DNA of 30,570 nucleotides from a virus (Duplodnaviria; Heunggongvirae; Uroviricota; Caudoviricetes): IMG/VR virus record IMGVR_UViG_2617270980_000010; one strand, 5' to 3'. Shown piece by piece: positions 26,980 to 30,570 of this stretch (position 1 is its first letter; each line of letters starts with the position of its first letter). The notes under the pieces were generated by a model. It saw only the letters and a program-made list of their open reading frames with translations, ran no database searches and was not told where the DNA came from. The position numbers and the translations under genes were made by a program.

Positions 26980-27468
26980 ATGATGATGCTTGCTCTTGGA
27001 ATGTTTGTGTTTGAACGTCGCACCCTGCCTTATCAGTCGATGCAGCACTCGAAGAATTACCGCTGGGCGTCTAATGACCGGGTCGGCAAACCTCCTGCGT
27101 ATCAGTTTCTCGGCGAGGGGGAAAACGCGATCCAGCTTGCCGGTACGCTTTATCCTGCCATTACTGGCGGTCGTATATCTCTGCTGGCTGTCGAGCTGAT
27201 GGCCGACGAGGGCAGAGCTTGGCCGCTAATTGAGGGAACCGGCAATATTTTCGGGATGTATATCGTCGAGACGGTGTCGACCACGCATACCGAGTTTTTC
27301 AGCGACGGCGCGGCCAGAAAGATTGATTTCACCCTTTCGCTGAAACGGGTCGACGAATCACTGACGGCAATGTTTGGCGACCTGAATAAGCAGGCCAGCG
27401 AGCTTCTCGGCTCTGCCGGTAATCTGACTGATAAGCTGCAGGGTGCGCTCGGAGGTCTGACTGCATGA
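26980..27468 (+). CDS. U: tail protein gpU
   Basis: 162 aa starting MMMLALGMFVFE, with NYRWASNDRVGKPPA...GTLYPAITGG as in P2 gpU. Confidence 0.9.
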   Translation: MMMLALGMFVFERRTLPYQSMQHSKNYRWASNDRVGKPPAYQFLGEGENAIQLAGTLYPAITGGRISLLAVELMADEGRAWPLIEGTGNIFGMYIVETVSTTHTEFFSDGAARKIDFTLSLKRVDESLTAMFGDLNKQASELLGSAGNLTDKLQGALGGLTA

Positions 27469-28634
27469 TTACGGGCATGACCATTGACGCCGGTACCAGC
27501 CTTGCACCGGCATTTATGCTGACGCTGAACAGTCAGGACATTACCAGCAATTTTAGTGACCGGCTGATTTCTCTCACCATGACCGACAACAGGGGCTTTG
27601 AGGCTGACCAGCTCGACATTGAGCTCGACGACACCGACGGCAAAGTCGAGTTACCCATACGCGGGTCTGTGCTGACGCTGTGGCTTGGCTGGCAGGGTTC
27701 GGCGCTTCTGAATAAGGGCGATTTCACTGTCGATGAGATTGAGCATCGGGGCGCGCCTGATACCCTGACCATTCGGGCGCGTAGTGCAGATTTTCGCGGA
27801 ACGCTCAATTCACGGCGTGAAGAATCGTGGCACGACACCACCCTCGGTGAACTGGTCAGCACCATTGCAAAGCGCAATAAACTGACGGCCAGTGTCGCGG
27901 ATTCACTGAAAAAAATACCGGTACCGCATATCGACCAGTCGCAGGAGTTCGACGCCGTATTTCTGACCCGGCTGGCTGACCGCAATGGGGCGGCGGTGTC
28001 AGTGAAAGCGGGGAAACTCCTGTTTCTGAAAGCCGGTAGTGCAATGACGGCCAGTGGCAAGCCAGTCCCGCAAATGACCCTGATCCGCAGCGATGGCGAC
28101 CGTCATCAGTTTGCCATTGCTGACCGTGGGGCTTACACCGGCGTAACAGCAAAATGGTTGCACACCAAAGACCCGAAGCCGCAAAAGCAAAAAGTGACGC
28201 TGAAACGCAAGCCAAAAGAGAAGCACCTGCGCGCACTGGAGCATCCGAAAGCAAAACCGGTCAGCAAAAAGACAAAGGCCAAAAAAGAGCCGGAAGCGCG
28301 TGAGGGTGAGTATATGGCCGGTGAGGCCGATAACGTGCTGGCGCTGACGACGGTCTATGCATCAAAGGCGCAGGCGATGCGCGCAGCTCAGGCTAAATGG
28401 GATAAGCTGCAGCGAGGCGTTGCGGAGTTTTCAATTACGCTGGCGCTTGGTAGGGCTGATTTATTCCCTGAGACACCTGTGCGTGTGTCGGGCTTTAAGC
28501 GCGTCATAGACGAGCAGGCATGGTTAATCAGTAAAGTGACTCACAGCCTGAATAATAGTGGCTTCACGACGGGCTTAGAGCTTGAGGTTAAGCTCTCTGA
28601 CGTAGAGTATAAAGCGGAAGATGATGATGGGTGA
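27465..28634 (+). CDS. D: tail protein gpD
   Basis: 389 aa, overlapping the U stop; position and size of P2 gpD. Confidence 0.9.
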   Translation: MITGMTIDAGTSLAPAFMLTLNSQDITSNFSDRLISLTMTDNRGFEADQLDIELDDTDGKVELPIRGSVLTLWLGWQGSALLNKGDFTVDEIEHRGAPDTLTIRARSADFRGTLNSRREESWHDTTLGELVSTIAKRNKLTASVADSLKKIPVPHIDQSQEFDAVFLTRLADRNGAAVSVKAGKLLFLKAGSAMTASGKPVPQMTLIRSDGDRHQFAIADRGAYTGVTAKWLHTKDPKPQKQKVTLKRKPKEKHLRALEHPKAKPVSKKTKAKKEPEAREGEYMAGEADNVLALTTVYASKAQAMRAAQAKWDKLQRGVAEFSITLALGRADLFPETPVRVSGFKRVIDEQAWLISKVTHSLNNSGFTTGLELEVKLSDVEYKAEDDDG

Positions 28635-28711
28635 TTTTAATTTATCTGTTTGTTATATAAGGATTTGTTGAGTAAAATTAACGCATCAGCCAAACCGTTG
28701 AGGTGCTTAAT

Positions 28712-28930
28712 ATGTTTCATTGCCCGTTATGCCAGCATGCCGCCCACGCACGCACAAGCCGTTACATGACCGATACGACAAAGGAGCGTTATCACCAGTG
28801 TCAGAACGTGAATTGTAGTGCCACGTTTATCACATTTGAGTCGGTGCAGCGTTACATTGTTAAGCCGGGTGAGGTTAATGCCGTCAGGCCGCATCCTTTG
28901 CCATCAGGTCAACAAACTATGTGGATGTAA
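28712..28930 (+). CDS. ogr: late-gene transcription activator Ogr (C2C2 zinc finger)
   Basis: MFHCPLCQHAAHARTSRY...HQCQNVNCSATFIT is nearly identical to P2 Ogr as recalled. ATG at 28712 with GAGGTG 6 nt upstream; the ORF-track start at 28703 is a GTG. Confidence 0.9.
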   Translation: MFHCPLCQHAAHARTSRYMTDTTKERYHQCQNVNCSATFITFESVQRYIVKPGEVNAVRPHPLPSGQQTMWM

Positions 28931-28934
28931 CCAC

Positions 28935-28970
28935 AAAAAAAGCCCCGCGATTGCGGGGTTTTGTTTATTT
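28935..28970. terminator. bidirectional rho-independent terminator shared by ogr and the convergent minus-strand gene
   Basis: A7 run, then GCCCCGC-GATT-GCGGGG hairpin, then TTTTGTTTATTTT. Confidence 0.6.
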
Positions 28971-29381
28971 TGACTTTGGCATTCCAAACATATGAGTTTT
29001 TGAGAGCATCATCACTTTAGCTCTGTCATCTGGTTCTTTACCCATCTCGTTACAAGTTGAGAGAGGCTGTTCGAGCACATAACCAAACGCCTTATGTTTA
29101 TTCAGTACGTGCAATTCTTTAGTTGTTTTCATGTAGGAGTCCGGCACATCTTTTGTCCAAACATCCATACAAATTCCTGAGCTTACGATTGCATCATAAA
29201 TTTCAGGTGTGACTTGGTTTGCGTCCAGAACGACAGTCACGACATTATTACTTTCTTTTATTTCAATCGGTTGCCATAATTTTAGTTGTTTTTGTAAAGT
29301 TTTTACGTTATTCGTTTGGGCGTGGGCGCTGATAGACAGAAGAATGGCGACGGTTGCAATTGCCGATTTGAGGTTGAGCAT
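28965..29381 (-). CDS. small secreted (signal-peptide) protein of unknown function, low-GC cargo at the prophage right end
   Basis: 138 aa with a classic Sec signal peptide (MLNLKSAIATVAILLSISAHA/QT) and two cysteines. The coding sequence is visibly AT-rich compared with flanking phage and host genes. Confidence 0.6.
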   Translation of the reverse strand: MLNLKSAIATVAILLSISAHAQTNNVKTLQKQLKLWQPIEIKESNNVVTVVLDANQVTPEIYDAIVSSGICMDVWTKDVPDSYMKTTKELHVLNKHKAFGYVLEQPLSTCNEMGKEPDDRAKVMMLSKTHMFGMPKSK

Positions 29382-29555
29382 GGAACATCCTTATTAAACA
29401 TTGAGTTAAAAGTTGTTTATAACCCCTGCCGGATGAAAAAACAAAGCCCCTGACGGGCAGGGGCGTTTTAGTCAATGTGGACGCTATGTGGACAGCGGAT
29501 GATATAAATCCATTTATATCATTATGTTAGGTGGTGTTTTCTGACACCATCCCTG

Positions 29556-29590
29556 TCTTCCCCCACATGATGTGGGGGTTTTTTTTATCC
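29556..29590 (+). terminator. rho-independent terminator in the host flank upstream of fieF
   Basis: CCCCCAC-ATGAT-GTGGGGG hairpin followed by T8. Confidence 0.5.
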
Positions 29591-29667
29591 TCAATTTGCC
29601 TGCTGCTTAATGCATTGCAGATGATTTGCTTCCGTTATACTAGCGTCAGTTGATAGCGGGAGTATTT

Positions 29668-30570
29668 ATGAATCAATCTTATGGACGGCTGGTCAGTCGG
29701 GCGGCGATTGCTGCGACGGCGATGGCTTCGTTGCTATTGCTGATTAAAATTTTTGCATGGTGGTATACCGGGTCGGTGAGTATTCTCGCCGCGCTGGTGG
29801 ATTCGCTGGTGGATATCGGCGCGTCGTTGACGAATTTACTGGTGGTGCGATATTCCCTGCAACCTGCCGACGATAATCACTCGTTTGGTCACGGTAAAGC
29901 AGAGTCCCTCGCGGCGCTGGCGCAAAGTATGTTTATCTCCGGTTCGGCACTATTCCTGTTTTTGACGGGTATTCAACATCTGATATCTCCAACACCGATG
30001 ACAGATCCAGGCGTCGGGGTTATCGTGACAATTGTGGCGCTAATTTGTACGATTATCCTTGTCTCGTTTCAGCGTTGGGTGGTGCGGCGGACGCAAAGCC
30101 AGGCGGTGCGGGCTGATATGCTACATTACCAGTCTGATGTTATGATGAACGGCGCAATTCTGCTGGCGCTGGGGTTGTCCTGGTACGGCTGGCATCGCGC
30201 CGATGCTCTGTTTGCATTGGGAATCGGCATCTATATTTTATATAGCGCGTTACGCATGGGATATGAGGCGGTACAGTCATTACTGGATCGCGCATTGCCT
30301 GATGAGGAACGGCAAGAAATTATTGATATCGTGACTTCCTGGCCGGGTGTTAGCGGCGCTCACGATCTTCGCACGCGGCAGTCAGGGCCGACCCGCTTTA
30401 TTCAGATTCATTTGGAAATGGAAGACTCTCTGCCTTTGGTTCAGGCACATATGGTGGCGGATCAGGTAGAGCAGGCTATTTTACGGCGTTTTCCGGGATC
30501 GGATGTAATTATCCATCAGGACCCCTGTTCCGTCGTACCCAGGGAGGGTAAACGGTCTATGCTTTCATAA
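29668..30570 (+). CDS. fieF: cation-efflux pump FieF (cation diffusion facilitator; Fe/Zn efflux)
   Basis: 300 aa starting [49 protein letters not shown], a CDF-family transporter that appears identical or near-identical to E. coli FieF (YiiP) from memory. ATG at 29668 preceded by GGGAG. Confidence 0.9.

Larger units (their letters stand above)
1..29450. mobile_element. P2-like (Peduovirus-type) prophage, integrase to ogr; boundaries approximate, att core not identified
   Basis: Full P2 gene order read from the translations: int-C-cox-B-A-cos-Q-P-O-N-M-L-X-lysis-R-S-V-W-J-I-H-cargo-FI-FII-E-T-U-D-ogr. Host gene fieF follows on the right. No direct repeat marking attL/attR could be found by eye. 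Confidence 0.8.

Noticed and set aside
28931-29650. tRNA gene as integration target near the prophage right end
   Set aside because: No cloverleaf-compatible segment or conserved tRNA motifs (GTTC..A T-loop with CCA-proximal stem) recognised; P2-like phages usually use non-tRNA att sites.

Overview
The window is almost entirely a P2-like (Peduovirus-type) temperate prophage of about 29 kb, integrated just upstream of the host cation-efflux gene fieF (29668..30570), whose product looks Escherichia coli-like from memory. Gene order is fully syntenic with P2: int, C repressor, cox, B-like and small early ORFs, TraR-like zinc finger, replication gene A, cos, then portal Q and terminase P on the minus strand, followed by capsid genes O-N-M-L, X, a lysis cassette, tail completion R/S, baseplate V-W-J-I, tail fiber H, sheath FI, tube FII, E/E+E', tape measure T, U, D and ogr. 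All calls rest on reading the supplied translations and on recalled P2 family sequences; no database search was run. Three things depart from the P2 backbone and are the main findings. (1) A strongly AT-rich cassette (about 20380..22270) sits in the classical Z/fun cargo slot between the tail fiber and sheath genes, carrying a 404-aa protein of unknown function and a tightly coupled 59-aa acidic ORF that falls below the ORF-track cutoff; this is the best candidate for an undescribed anti-phage or lysogenic-conversion system. (2) An extra 248-aa gene is wedged between terminase P and portal Q; it is a diverged paralog of the terminase ATPase core only. (3) Terminase P itself carries an in-frame TAA that cuts off its conserved C-terminal 67 codons. 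Secondary observations include a low-GC secreted protein between ogr and fieF, a glycine-rich tail fiber tip with a G8 tract and no P2 G-like chaperone, the E/E' frameshift site, a 186-type cos sequence, and unresolved att boundaries.
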